Below, piece by piece: positions 13,232-28,341 of a stretch of 64,000 nt of DNA (positions within the stretch are counted from its first letter, which is position 1; every line of letters starts with the position of its first letter). The notes under the pieces were generated by a model. That model was not told the origin of the DNA. It made no database searches and was given only the letters and a program-made list of their open reading frames with translations. The stretch spans positions 5,024,001-5,088,000 of the forward strand of contig CM000151.3 in the NCBI GenBank assembly GCA_000004695.1. The letters run 5' to 3'. The position numbers were made by a program, and so were the translations under genes. This stretch comes from Dictyostelium discoideum. Taxonomy: Eukaryota.

Positions 13232-14183
13232 ATGTTAAAAAATACATTTATTACTTTAATCTTTACAATTATTTCAATTTCAATTTGTTTTGGTAGTCAA
13301 TTACCAACAAACTATTATTTCAAAGTTACCCATGTTCCAATTTATTGTATTACCACACCGTGCAGTCAATACCGTGTCTATAAGGTAAATACTCAAGATC
13401 CAGAGATTGTTATTGAAAATTTCGTTTTCCCAAATGGAGTTGAACAAAACTATTTCTCACTTCAAGAAGCCAATACTGCTATCCTTTATGGTACTATCAT
13501 TGCAAACAGAAATGGTTACAATGTAAATGATTTTAAAGTAAAAAGAGTTTATAAACAACTTCCACAAGGTAATGCTTTAACATCAACTGATAAATATTAT
13601 ATGTTTGCTTCATCAGGTAATTATTATTATTATTTTTATAATTATTATATATTATCCAATTTTAATAATTATTAATTGTTTTTTTTTTTTAATTTTACCA
13701 ACAGGTATTGTTTGCATTACAACACCATGCCCATCAGTTTCAGCAATTTTATTAAATATTGATAATGCTGCAACCAATGTTAATGATGTTAAGCAACCAT
13801 ATGAAAGTAATGTACCACTTTTCGATAGCAATTGGTTATTCCAAAAGCAATTTGAGTCAGAATCTAACAGATTGATTGGTGTTGGTACAATTAATAGTCA
13901 AGGTGAAGTGATTGTTTCTTCTTCTTTTGTAAGATTACCAGATCCAATTTCAAATTGTCCAGCATTACCATTATTAAAATGTCAAGGTGGTCATGTTACA
14001 GTTTACGAAAGAGATTCAAATCGTTGTTTAACAAATCCACAATGTTCAAATGATAATGACACTCGTGCTTGTATCCTTTCAATTCCAACCTGCTCAACTG
14101 GTTATGATTTAGTATCTTATACTTCTATTTCAACTTGTCCAGCATACAACTGTGATGCTTATTTCTTAACAAAAACTTATTGA
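13232..14183 (+). CDS. Secreted Cys-rich protein, paralog D; 2 exons: 13232..13616 and 13705..14183.
   Basis: Signal peptide MLKNTFITLIFTIISISICFG. Donor GTAATT at 13617 after '...DKYYMFASSG' (phase 1). Acceptor ..caacag at 13703-13704. Exon 2 reads 'IVCITTPCPS...CPAYNCDAYFLTKTY*'. Confidence 0.75.
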
Positions 14184-14289
14184 ATTTAATTTAAATACAT
14201 ATATTTATAAATAAATAAAAAAAAATAGTAATATATTTTTTTTTTATCACGTACTGGTACTCTTTTATATTGACAATATCTTTTTTGTG

Positions 14290-14290
<1 letters not shown>

Positions 14291-14368
<78 letters not shown>

Positions 14369-14370
14369 AT
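14291..14370. repeat. (AAAT)n microsatellite, about 20 copies, in the convergent 3' intergenic region between paralog D and top3.
   Basis: Direct reading gives aaataaataaat... across 80 nt. Confidence 0.9.
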
Positions 14371-14465
14371 TTTTAAACTTTTGTTAAATAAAGAAATTAA
14401 TTTTATTTAAAAAAAAAAAAAATAAATAAATAAATAAATGAAAATAATAATAGTTTACATTTCGT

Positions 14466-14633
14466 TTAAAAAATAAAATTATTATTATTACGATCTGAAT
14501 TTCTATTGTTATTATTAAAATTATTATTAGATGCTGTAAAAGTTCTATGTTGAGTTGTTGTTCTAGTTGTTCTAGTTGTTATTGGTCTTGCGCTATTTGT
14601 GTTATTATTGTTATTATTTCTATTATAATTTGT

Positions 14634-14674
<41 letters not shown>

Positions 14675-16938
14675 TACCAGTTGCTAAATTGCAATTAAAT
14701 GTACATTGAAAACAATGAAATGGTTTTTTATGAATTGGGTCAGGTGGAGAATTTCTACATTTTGGACAAATTGTATAACTTTTATCGTTTATAGGATTTC
14801 TTACACTAAGAACTTGATATTGACAAATTGGACAATTTTGTGGTACACCCATTGAAGTTACCAATTGAGAGATATCACCATTCTTTGGTAAATCAAAAGT
14901 ATCAATACATTGAGGACAAAATAAAATTCTTTTTGGTGCTTCTGGATTTTGATCAGATTTATATTGCATTTTACCATTACATTTACCACAACGTGAGAAT
15001 TGAGAAACCAAAACACGAAATTCACCACCTTTTGGATCGGCAGGTTCATAATATTCTCTAAATGATCTATCGAAACAATTTATATTTTGATTTGCCAATT
15101 GATAAAGTTGTTTATACTTTTCAATGGTTGATAAGAGTACTTCTTGTTTAGTTTTTTGACCTCTACTAATTTTATCTACATCAGCTTCGATTGCAGCTCT
15201 AAGATTTGGTTTTGAAAATTCAAATCCCATTAATTCATAACTTGCAACCAATGATACACCTAAATTTGAGGGAACAAATTGATTACTTTCATTCTTTTTA
15301 ACATAAAAACGATCTTGAATAGTTTGAATATGAGTTGCCATCGTTGCATCTGTACCGATTTTATTATTATCCATGGCTGTCAATAGTTCTGCCTCTGTTA
15401 TATAATGAGGTGCAACGGTTGTACCTTTTGTAAGATCAATTCTTTTTGGTGTAAATCTTTCACCTTTTTGATAGGTTGGTATTAGTTTATCATTACGTTT
15501 ATCGAATGGATAAACTTCAAGATAACCCAATTTCAAAACCATTGTACCAGTCTCTGAAAATCTTTCACCCTGAATATCGATGGTAACCGTTGTATTTGCA
15601 AATACAGATTCCTCAGAACAACATGCTAAAAATCTACGAGTAATGAAATCATAAATCTTTTTCAAATTACCCGATAAACCAGTGGCTGATGAAGTTGGAT
15701 GAATTGGTGGATGTGAATTATCATTGTTTTTACCTGATTTTGGATAAACAAATTGATTGTTATTAATTAATCTACTTGCATAAGCACCCCATTCAGGATT
15801 TGATGCTTGGTTACCAATCAAACCTTTTAAATCGGTTCCTGCTTGAAATGAATCTGTCTCTGTTCTTGGATAACTAATTAAGCCTTTTGTATAAAGTTCC
15901 TCTGCATATTGCATAGTTTGAACTGATGAAATTCTTAACTTTTTCGATGCCGCCTTTTGAAGTTCAATCGTTGTCAAAGGTACAGGTCTATATCTACTCT
16001 CTTTTGAAGTAACATCAACAACCGTTGCCTCTGTATTATCTAAACATTTCTCATACAATATAAATGCAGCTGTATAATCAAACAAACGATTTCTACACCA
16101 TGAAAATGTAACAGGTATCATCTTACCACTACTAGTATCCATTTTTTCATGAACCACTGATAAATGCCAAAAATCCTCTGGTTTAAAATTTACAATTCTA
16201 AAATATCTTTCAACTACAAATCCTAAAGTTGGAAATTGGCATGGTCCATAACTAATAATTTCTTTACCACTTGAATTATTATTACTATTATTAAGTATAT
16301 TACCATTTGCTGGTGTAGTAGTCTTTGGTTGATTATCACTATTTGAAATGATTTTAAATTTCTTTAAATATAAAGTTTGAAATCTTGTGAAAGCAGCACC
16401 AATTCTAAGATCAATCTCCATTCTAGTATCAACTGCAATTGAATCTTTTTCATTTGGTTTTGCAAGGTTTTTACAAGCTCTATCAATTTCTCTTGGAATG
16501 ATTGCAGAGAAATGTGCTCTATAAAATTCAAATTTCTTTTTAGCATTTTTACAAACTTCCAATACTTCAAATGCAATATTTTCACCCTCTCTATCACAAT
16601 CTAACCAAAGAATTAATATATCAGCTTTCTTTATCTCTCTTTCCAATGTTTTCTTTAATGGTTCTTTATCTGATGGTACTGTTTTTCTTATTGGTGCATC
16701 AAATAATTGAATTGGATCGCATGATGCCCATGGTTTAAATTGTTCAACTACATCAATCTCCATTAAATGACCTGTAACTGATGTGAATGTCATTTCGCAA
16801 TCATTAAAATTCAATATATTATATTTAAAATCCCAAAGTTTATTATATTTTGAAAATCCTTCTCTCTTTTTTTTAAATAATAAAAATGAATAAAATAAAA
16901 AAAATAAAATAAAATGTTTGTAAATAATTAATAATTTT

Positions 16939-16969
<31 letters not shown>

Positions 16970-17076
16970 TATTAAATTTGAAAACTTACAACTGTTGCTC
17001 TTTTATTTGATAATATTGCTGCAATCTCTTTTGCTGCTGATGGTTTTTCAGCAACATTCAATATCCTTTTTGTCAT
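14466..17076 (-). CDS. top3: DNA topoisomerase III (type IA; Toprim and Topo IA core plus C-terminal zinc fingers), 2 exons: 17076..16990 and 16865..14466 on the minus strand.
   Basis: Exon 1 reads 'MTKRILNVAEKPSAAKEIAAILSNKRATV' with donor GTAAGT at 16989. Exon 2 starts 'REGFSKYNKLWDF...' (compare human TOP3A 'RREGLSKFNKIYEF'). It continues with 'SVTGHLMEIDV', 'ILWLDCDREGENIAFEV' and the topo IA core, then a polyQ tract and a C4/GRF-type Cys-rich tail. Confidence 0.85.
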
Positions 17077-17440
17077 TTTTTTTTTTTTTTTTATATGTAC
17101 ATATATTTATTATAATTATTATTTCATAAACTCTATTTACATAATAATTTTTAATTTATTATTTATTTGTTGATATCTTAAGTATTTGAAAAAGTATAAA
17201 AAAAAAAAAAAAAAAAAAAAAAAATGAAAACTGTGAAAAAACAATTGTTTAAAAAAAAATAAAAAATAAAAAAATTAAAAAAATAAAAAACACTACATTT
17301 TATTTCTGAGAAATTGTTGGTTTTGTTGAAATTTTATTTTATTTTTGATATTTAAATAAAACACATTTTTGGGAAATATTTGATTAAATCTTTCTTTAAA
17401 AAAAAAAAAAAAAATTAAAATTAAAATTAAAATTAAATAT

Positions 17441-19297
17441 TTATTGATAACCTTGAATTAATAAATCCTGAAATACTTTTAATGTCTCCATATCAAAGTT
17501 GCATTCTTTTACTAAATTTTCAAATTTATCATTATTGTCTTTAATATCCTTTAATATTTCTTCATCAATTGATGATAAACTATATATATATTTAAAAAAT
17601 AAAAATTATTAATAAACAATAATAATAATAATAATAAATTTAATTAAATACACATTACCATTTTAAAAAAACTAAAATTAACATTTTCCAATGATTTCTT
17701 CTTAAAGATGGTACAGGTTTATCAAATTTAAAAGTGTCAATTAAAATTGTAACTTTTTCTTTTGCAGTTGTAATTTTGAAACCTAATTGATCGATTACAC
17801 TTTGATAAACTAATGATAATTGAGAATGAAGATTAGATTTAATTTGTAAATTTTGTTCTAATATATATTCATAATTGATTTGATTAAATTGTAAAAAGTT
17901 ATTGGTATGTTTAGTTGTAAATTGACTTAATGTTGAATAAACCATATGATAATTTGAAATGTGTGGTTTAAATAATTCTTCAACCCTTTTACTAGACATT
18001 TGTGTTGGTCTAAATAATGAAAATTCATCTTCACTTTTATCACTCTTATTTTCATCCTCCTCATCTTCATTAATGTTATTATCATTTTCATCCTCATCTT
18101 CATTTAAAACCATTGGTGCATCGTCTTGTTCATCTCCTAATAATGTATCATCTTCACTATAATAATTTAAATCACTATCATCATCATCCTCCTCATCATC
18201 ACTATCCCTAATTTTAATTTCTTTTTTTTCTATTGGTACCTTTAAATCATCTGTAATAATAGTTTTTTTCTTTGGTTTACTTATAGTTTTATTTGTTGTA
18301 GTTGATTTTTGTGGTTGTTTATCTATTTTGGTTTTTTCATTATCTACATTTTTATCAAATGTTAAATTTGGTGGAATTAAACTTGCATTTTCATTCTCTG
18401 TAATTACTAATGATTTTCTATTTATATATATATATTAGTAATAATATTATATATATATATATTTATATAGAAAATGTATACATACTCAAATTTATTTAAG
18501 AATTCAATTGGTTTAGATGCTGGTTTTGGTGCTTGTTGTGATTGTGTTTGTGTTTGTGATTGTGTTTTTGTTTGTGATGATATTAAAGTTTGTTCAGTTG
18601 GTAAAATCTTTTTACTTTCAACATTTCTTAAGTAAACAGCAGTTTCATCTAATGTTGATGCATATAATTTTGATTTAACTAAACAATCTGATGAACAAAA
18701 CATTGATAGTTCTTCAACATTGTATACTTTTTGTTCTTTTACTGAAATAAAATATTTTTGATTCAATTTCTTTACTCCTAATGGTTTACTACAACATGGA
18801 TATCCACATTTACCTGATGCCGATCTCTCTGCTACAACATCTTTAAAATGATCAGGTTGAAATAAATTATACTAATATTAAATATATATAATTAGTATCA
18901 TTTATAAAATTAAAATAATTGTTATTTATTTATTAATACATACATAATGAGATCTTAATTCATTTTCAGTTGTTTCATCCTCAATTAATGACATTTGAGC
19001 ATCATATGTTAATTTGTCAAAGTGGATCTTTTCTTTAATTGATTTTTTTAATATATCAGATTTTTTTTGTACGTTTGGTTTATTAAGTGTATTTATAGTT
19101 GTATTTGTGGTATTATTAGTTGTAGTGCTATTATTACTGCTATCTAATTTTAAGTTTGAAAGTTGTTCATTCAGTTTATTAGTTGAGGGATCACTATTAT
19201 CAGATGTCATTGGTGGTTTCTTTCTTATAACTTTTTTAACAACCCTTATTTTTGGTTTTGGTATAACTCCATTTAATGTATTTTCTTTATTTTCCAT
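17441..19297 (-). CDS. RPAP2/Rtr1-family protein (RNA polymerase II-associated, zinc-finger phosphatase-like), 4 exons: 19297..18944, 18871..18486, 18417..17659 and 17579..17441 on the minus strand.
   Basis: The exon 1/2 junction gives '...ERSASGKCGYPCCSKPLGVKKLNQKYFISVKEQKVYNVEELSMFCSSDCL', which matches the Rtr1/RPAP2 C-x4-C...C-x3-C zinc-finger signature. Exon 3 carries a long acidic D/E tract. Donors are GTATGT at 18943, GTATGT at 18485 (phase 2) and GTAATG at 17658 (phase 2). Acceptors are tattag, aaatag and tatatag. The last intron and mini-exon ('...LSSIDEEILKDIKDNNDKFENLVKECNFDMETLKVFQDLLIQGYQ*') are less certain. Confidence 0.6.
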
Positions 19298-19992
19298 CTT
19301 TTTTTTTTTTTTTTTTATTGCATGTATCAAATGCAATAACTAATTCATATACAATTGAAAATAAAAAATAAAAAAAAAAAAATTAAAAAAATTAAAAAAA
19401 AAAAAAAAAAAAAAAATTAAAAAAAAAAAAAAAATTAAAAAATAAAATTAAAAAGTTATAAATTAAAACATTAAGATTTTGAGGGATCGAATACTGTGAA
19501 TTTATATAAATTGTACATATATTTGGTTTTTTTTAATTTAAAATTCAAAATTAAAATAAAAAAAAATTAAAAAAAAAATTAGACACTTTTTTTATTATTA
19601 CTATATTAATAATAAATTAAGATCTCTAATTAGTACTTTCAATGTTTAATTCTTTATAAATTATTTTTTAAGCATTCCTATCAAATAAATTTTTTATTGG
19701 AATAAAAAAAAAAAAAACAAAATTATTACAAAAATAAAAAATTATATATGAATCGGGTTTTTTTTTTCTGTGTTTTGAAATCAAATTATTATTTTCACTG
19801 AAAAAAAAAAAAAAAAAAAAAAAAGAAAAATTTGGGAAATCAAAAATATTTAACACACAATTTTTTTTTTTATTTTTTTTAATTTTTATCTTCACATTTT
19901 TTATTATTCTTTTTTTATTATTTGTAATATTATTTGTATTATTATTATTATTATCTATATTTAATTTTTATATTTAGCAATCACATTTTAAG

Positions 19993-20035
<43 letters not shown>

Positions 20036-20063
20036 AATGTTTTTTTTTATTAAAAAAGAAGAA

Positions 20064-20183
20064 ATGAAAATCTCTCCATATGAAAAAGAACAAAAAATTA
20101 ACCAAGTTCTATCAATGTTCCCATTACTCGTAAGTTTTTAAAATTTTAAATTTTAAATTTTTTTTTTTTTTATTTACTAATTG

Positions 20184-20214
<31 letters not shown>

Positions 20215-21219
20215 TATATAAAGTCAAGAGATCATTTCTTGTATTCAACATTAGAAAGAAATAATTGGAGTTTAGATGCATCACTTACAATTCTTCAAAG
20301 AAGACATGAATACTTGGAAGCAGAACAATACCAAATCGAAAGAAAATTAGAAGAGAACCGTTTAAAGAAAGAACGTGAACAAAGAGAACGTGAAAGAGAA
20401 TTAAGATTAATTGCACAAGTTAGAGATATTTTCGGTAGTAAATTCACAGATCATCAAATTCAACGTGCACTCTATGACAATCGTAATAATGTAGAGTCAA
20501 CAATTAACCATTTCATGAGAGAAATTGACCAAGAACAATATCGTGAAAGACAAAGAAGACAACAAAGATTGGATGAAGAGGATCGTTTACAACGTCAACG
20601 TGAACGTGATGAATATGAAAGACGTGAAAGAAACAAAAAAAGAGTCAATGACCTCTTATTAGAAATTAAATACTCTTCACCAGAACAAAAAAGACAATTG
20701 GCTCAATCCAAATTGTTCCAAGATGTTTTAAAAGATTTCGATCATCTCACTGTTTTTGATCAACCACCACCACCACAAATTAAAACAATTTATGTCCCAG
20801 TACCACAACCAATTCCACAACCAAGATATGTTAATAATTTCCCAACAACACCAACAATGCCATCATTTTCACCACCAGACTATAATTCCTCAATGTTTAA
20901 TAATGGTAATAAACCACCAACCACCACTACCACCACCACTTCAAATCAACCATTCCAAAATTTAGACCCATTTAATAATACTGCAATTACTCCATTTTCA
21001 ACAAATCCATTCTTTGTTGATCAAAATGTAAGTCAAGGTTTAATGAAAACTAGACCAGAAGAAGAATCTGCTAGAAAATTAAAAGAATTATTCCCAAACA
21101 CCTCTGATGAAGTAGTTAGATATGTTTTATTATCAACCGATAATAATATGTCTTTGGCAATCCAAAATCTTTTGGATATCACCATCAAAGTTGAAAATTC
21201 TAAAAACGCTTCAAATTAA
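20064..21219 (+). CDS. CUE-domain protein (ubiquitin-binding, 3 CUE domains), 2 exons: 20064..20129 and 20224..21219.
   Basis: Exon 1 'MKISPYEKEQKINQVLSMFPLL' carries the CUE 'MFP' motif; donor GTAAGT at 20130. Acceptor ..ataaag at 20222-20223. Exon 2 contains two further CUE-like blocks, 'VRDIFGSKFTDHQIQRALYDNRNNVESTINHF' and 'LKELFPNTSDEVVRYVLLSTDNNMSLAIQNLLD', separated by an R/E/Q coiled-coil and Pro-rich linker. Confidence 0.75.
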
Positions 21220-21431
21220 AAGATTATTACAATTTAAAACTCTGTAATACATATGTAAATATCCCAAAATAAAATCAAATTTTTTTTTTTTTATAAATTT
21301 TTTTTTTTTTTTACCAAAAATCCCAAAAATAGTATTTTTTTATTCAATTTTCCATTTTCAAAAAAAAAAAAAACTACGTCACAAAACTTTTATAAAAAAA
21401 TTTAGTCACGAGACTTTCAAAAAAAAAAAAT

Positions 21432-21464
<33 letters not shown>

Positions 21465-22258
21465 CAGTTTCGGCCCTTATATTTTTTTTTTTTTTTTTTT
21501 TTCATTTTTTTTTTTTTATTCAACCAAGCGAAGAAACTTTCCTTTATTTTTTATATTGGTATGTAGAAAAATTTAACATAAAAAAAAAAAATAAAAAGAA
21601 AAATTTTAGTGCAAGCAATATATTTAATGATGATACACAAAATCATATGTCAATTCCTTTAACATGAAATAGAATGATTATAACGATTTTCCATTTAACT
21701 GACAATATAATGCTTCGCTATTATTTTTTAAAACAAAAAAAAAAAAAAAAAAAAACCAAATTGTCTAACTTCTTTTTTTTTTTCCTTTATAATTATTAGA
21801 GTTTCTTTTTAATGTCCAAATATGAGATTATCACTTTATTTTTTTTTTAAAAAAAAAAAAATTCCGAATAAGAAAAAAATAAATAAAAATTATATATCTT
21901 TGAAAAAAAAAAATATTTAAACTTTTTAAAAATTTATTTGTGTTTGGTTTTTTTTAATACTTTGTATTTTTTTTTGGAATTAGTTTATTTAATTTTTTCT
22001 TTTGTATAGATAATATTTTTTATTTATACTTTGTTTACAATTTTCATTTTTTTTTTATTTTATTTATTTTTTTTATTTTCCATTTTTTTTTTTATTTTTT
22101 TTTTTTTTTATTTTTTATTTTTTTTTTATTTTTTTTATTTTTTTTGAAATTTTGAACAAAAAAAAAAAAAATTTATTTTTTTTTAATTTTTATTTTGCAT
22201 TTACATTAAACAAAAAAGGGTCATTTATTGACATATATAAAAGAAATCACAATACAAA

Positions 22259-23451
<1,193 letters not shown>

Positions 23452-23946
23452 TCAATTTAAAATCAAACACTTTCATATATCATTTTAATAATAATATATT
23501 GGTTTTAAATAAATTTAATAACCAATGTAAAAAAATAATCATTTATAAATATAACAGTACAATTAAAAAAAAAAAGAAAAAAAAAAAAAAAAAAAATAAA
23601 TAAAAGATAATCAAATTTAATCCATATTTTTCTTTTTTAAAAAGTAAAGCTTAAACCATTGGAAAATATACAAAAATGGAAAAAAAAAAGAGTTCAAGTT
23701 TTTTTTTTTTTTATAAATTATAAATTTTTTTTTTATTTTTTTTAAAATGGAATTACAGTATTATTAAATAATGAAGGTTTAAACCTTTATATATAATTAA
23801 GGATTTTTTATTAAAAATAATTTTTGGTATGTTGGACGAAAAAATAATTTAATTTGTTGTATAGTTTTTCTAATTTATAATATGCGTGTTGTTGAATTAT
23901 ATTTATAACATTTATATCAATATGATTTTTTTTTTTTTTTTTTTTT

Positions 23947-24026
23947 TTAAGGATTATTTGTGGTGATCGGAATATTATTATTTGGTATAATAGGGTTATA
24001 AAAATTTGGGTTATTTATATTATTAA

Positions 24027-24093
<67 letters not shown>

Positions 24094-24264
24094 TTGATTA
24101 CTGTTATTTTGATTATTATTATTTTGATTATTATTATTATTGTTCTGATTATTATTATTATTGTTGTTATTATTATGATTATTATTGTTATTATTATAAT
24201 TATTGTTATTATTATTAAATGGGATTGGTATTGGTGGATTATAATTATTGTTGATATTATTATG

Positions 24265-24354
<90 letters not shown>

Positions 24355-25988
24355 ACTATTATTACTATTATTATTAATAATACTATTATTACTACTATTA
24401 TTATTATTAATAATACTATTACTACTACCTTGATTAGAATTATTAATAATTGCACTGTTATTAACTGATTCTTCATTTAAAGTGAAATTAATATTTTTTA
24501 AACCTGAAGAAACTCTACGATCATGAACTTCCATTACACTTCTCTTTGTTATATTATTCTTACTTGAATAAGAGAGTGCAACTTTTTGAAGGTCTTGACA
24601 AGTTAAAAACAATGCTTCGACGGTTGCAAAAGTTATTTTCATTGGACCTTTACTTGTTGAGTAGTTTGAGGATTGTTGTTGATCACGAGATAGATCAACA
24701 CAAAACAATTTCTTGCAGTGAGTTGCTATCATCAACATTGACTCATCGGTTACTTCAACACAAGCTACCAAACGTAAACTCTTCAAGTTTGCAGCATATT
24801 CTGTCAATTGGAATATATCTTCATCTTTGACATCGGTAAATGAAAGGTCTATGGTGGTGAGTGTATTTAAAAGTCTATATGGATTCTTTGGGAAAGTGAT
24901 TGGGTGAATATTCTTAAAGGATGAAAGATTTAGAGTTGTTAAGTTATGAAGATTTTGAAGTACATGTTGAACACTTGTACGTGTAACTTTGCTACATGAT
25001 GCCAAATTTAAATCCATTAATTGTGGGCAATCATGAATTAACTCTAAAACACCATGATCTGTAATTAGTTTACAACTCTTTAATGAAATGAATTTTAATT
25101 TTTTACATTGTCTTGTTAATGCTTTCAAATCATCATCTGATAAATTATTACTTGATCCCAAATCCATTGATGTAAAATGTGCACAATATGGAGCAAGTGT
25201 TCTATTTTTTTTTTTTTTTTTAAAAAAAAATAAAATAAAATAATATATATTAGTAAAATTAAATTTAAAATAATTATTGTAAAAAAAAAAAAAAGAATAA
25301 AAAAAAAAATAAAATAAAAAACATACCTAATATCCCAACCTGAAATACCATTAAAATTAAGAAAACTAAGATTTGTATTTTTAATGATATGACAAATACC
25401 AGTTGTTGTAATATTTTCAACCTTGTGAAGATTTATAGATTTTAATTTTACAGCACCATTTGCCAAGAGTTCAAGACATTCATCACTTGTTCTACCGCCA
25501 TCCATATAGACTTGTTCAAGGTTTGGGCATTTTGCAACCAATAATTTAGAAGTTTTTTCGGTTAATCTAAGGTTGTGAAGTCTAATCTCTTTAAGTTGTG
25601 GTGTATGAGTGACGATATAATCAATTGTTTTTTGTTTGATATTTAAATTGTTTAAGTTGATTAATCTAACTGAGGCTAATCTTGATGTTAACTCCATATT
25701 CTTTAATGCTGAATCAATCTTTTTCTTTGCCATTTCAGAACTAAAACCTAATGTTCTCCATAATGTACTATCGTAGCAACATTCTCTAAATCTTTTTGAA
25801 ATTCTTGCAAGAATACATAGATCATGTGTTCCCATATACTTTAATATATAAAGAATTAATTCAGTTGATAATAAATTAAAGTAATTTCTATTTAATTGAG
25901 CTTCTTTTTCCTCTGCTTGCATTTGTTTTAATAAAACTGATTTCTTCTTATTCCTAACTCCAAAACATGAAAAAGCATCCATTTTCAT
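23947..25988 (-). CDS. F-box / leucine-rich-repeat protein with a long poly-Asn tail, 2 exons: 25988..25327 and 25201..23947 on the minus strand.
   Basis: The N-terminus has the F-box 'LSTELILYILKYMGTHDLCILARISKRFRE'. Repeated 'L..L.L..C..ITD' LRR units span both exons. Donor GTATGT at 25326 (phase 2) and acceptor ..aatag at 25203-25202 join '...GWDIR|TLAPYCAHFTSMDLGSS...'. The C-terminal roughly 150 aa is poly-N/I from the AAT/ATT repeat at 24000-24470. Confidence 0.75.
24000..24470. repeat. Coding AAT/ATT trinucleotide repeat (poly-Asn tail of the F-box/LRR gene).
   Basis: Long, nearly perfect (att)n/(aat)n. It generates the artefactual poly-I/poly-N ORFs on both strands in the track (24015..24476 on minus, 24094..24468 on plus). 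Confidence 0.85.
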
Positions 25989-26042
25989 TTATTTATATAT
26001 ATATTTATTTATTAATTAATTTATTAATTAATTATTTAAATT

Positions 26043-26082
<40 letters not shown>

Positions 26083-26379
26083 TTATTTATTATTTATTAT
26101 TTATTATTAATTTTTTTTTTTTTTTTTTATAAAAAAAAAAATATTCTAATTTTCTTTCTCTTTTTTTTAATTATTTTTATTACTATATTGAAAATAAATA
26201 TAAAATTTTATTTTGAAAGAAATTGTTTCTTCTGAAGGATAATAAATTTTAAAAAAGAAAAAAGGAAAAAAAAAAAAAAAAAGTAAATTTTAATATGTTA
26301 ATAGTTAGTTTTATTTTAATTTTTTATTAAAAATACAAATGTATATGATTAAATAAATAATATGGGTTATAATGTAGAA

Positions 26380-26413
<34 letters not shown>

Positions 26414-26811
26414 AAAAAAAAAACAAACAAACAAGATAAAAATTATTAAATTTAAAAAAATAAAAAAAAAAAAAATAAAATAAAAGAAAAAAATAAAAAA
26501 AAGAAAAAAAAAGACACACATACACCCACACACACAAAACACAGTTCTAAAAAAAAAAAAGAAAAAAAAAAAAAAAAAAAATTACATATAATTTTTATTA
26601 TTACTATTATTATTTTTATATTATAAAACCAATAATTTAATTATCAAAAAAAAAAAATTTAAAAAAAAATGAAATAATAAAAAAAAAAAAAAGTGGAAAC
26701 TATATCGTTATTTTACAATTGTTGTTGGTTTAAAATTAAGCTCATAACAACAATATTAAAATACAATACAGGTAGTTATATTTGTTTTTATTATTATTAT
26801 TAATATTATTG

Positions 26812-26843
<32 letters not shown>

Positions 26844-26994
26844 TTTGATAATATAATTAATTTAATAACTAATAATTTTTTTTTTTTTTATTTTATATAG
26901 GATAAAAAATACTGGAAAAAATATGTTATTTTTTTTTTTTATTTAAAAATGAATAAATTAAGATTACTAAAAAAAAAAAAAAAACCCAAATTGA

Positions 26995-27033
<39 letters not shown>

Positions 27034-28256
27034 AAGATAAAGTACAGTTTTGCAGTTTCTTAAGTGTGTGGAAATTTGTTTATTATAAATAATGTATATT
27101 ATTATTATTATTTTTATTATTTTTTTTTTTTTATTATTATTATTATTTTTATTATTTTTATTATTAATCCAAAGTGATTTTTTCAAATCATGTATAAAAT
27201 ATATTTTATTAAAGTATTATAAAGAAAGAAAAAAAATAAAAATTTTAATTTAATCTATACCTTTTATACGTATATTTGGTTGTTATTATTTCAACTATGC
27301 GTTTTAATAATTAAATTACTTTCTACTATTAATATATTTTTTTTTTTTTTAAAAATTTTTTTTTTTTTTTTGTTTTATTTTTTTTTATTTTATTATTTTT
27401 AATATTTAATTAAAAAAATAATTGTTTTTAAAATACAAAGAAGGAATAATTAAACAATTTTAGGTAACATAAAAAAAAAAAAAAAAAAAAAAAATTTATA
27501 TGTAAATTAAGATAAAAAAAAAAAAAAAAATTTATAACAATTTTAATTTTTTTTTTTTTTTTTAGTGTGGTCGTGGGAAGGGGTAATTGTGTTTATATAT
27601 GATATGTAACAATTTTTTTTTTTCTGTTATATAATTTTTGTGTGTGGTTAAAAAAGGAAATTTGCATTTAAAATAATTCAAAAAAAAATGGGTTTTTTGA
27701 AAGTTTATTGAAATAGAGTATACAAATGTGATTTTAAGGAGTAGTGAAATTACCAGATATACTATCCAAGGTCGAATAAAATTTTTAAAACAAAATTATT
27801 AAAGAGAGAGAGAAAGTGGGTGTGGGCTTGTTTGTTTTAAAAATATAAAAATTAAAATTAACAAAAAAAAAAAAAAAAAAAAAATAAAAATAAAAAAAAA
27901 ATAAATAAATAAAAAAATTTTAATTAAATAAATAAAAAAAAACATAATCAATTATTTCAATTGAACAACACAAACAATTAACACACAAATAAAAAACGCC
28001 TGAATTAGTTTTTTTTTTTTTTTTTTTAAAAAAAAAATGATAAACACTTTGTTGTTTTTTTTTTTTCCAATAATAATTTTCTATTTTAAGCTGTATTATC
28101 ACTTTTTTAATTTTATTATTTTTATATTGTATCGTAGATATTATGGGTATTTTTAATATTAAAAATAAATATGTACACAAATATATGTGATTGTATTGGT
28201 ATTTTTTTTTTATTATTTAATATGAGTGTATTAATATTATTTTTTAATTATATGAA

Positions 28257-28341
<85 letters not shown>

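Noticed and set aside
14828-15061. Two small ORFs on both strands inside topoisomerase III, plus 16364..16597.
   Set aside because: They are embedded in a conserved Topo IA CDS in alternative frames.
24015-24476. Track ORFs of 153 aa (minus) and 124 aa (plus) made of poly-Ile/Val/Asn.
   Set aside because: Both are alternative-frame readings of the (AAT/ATT)n repeat that encodes the poly-Asn tail of the F-box/LRR gene. The 24094..24468 ORF is antisense, and the 24015..24476 ORF is the other same-strand frame. They are not separate genes.
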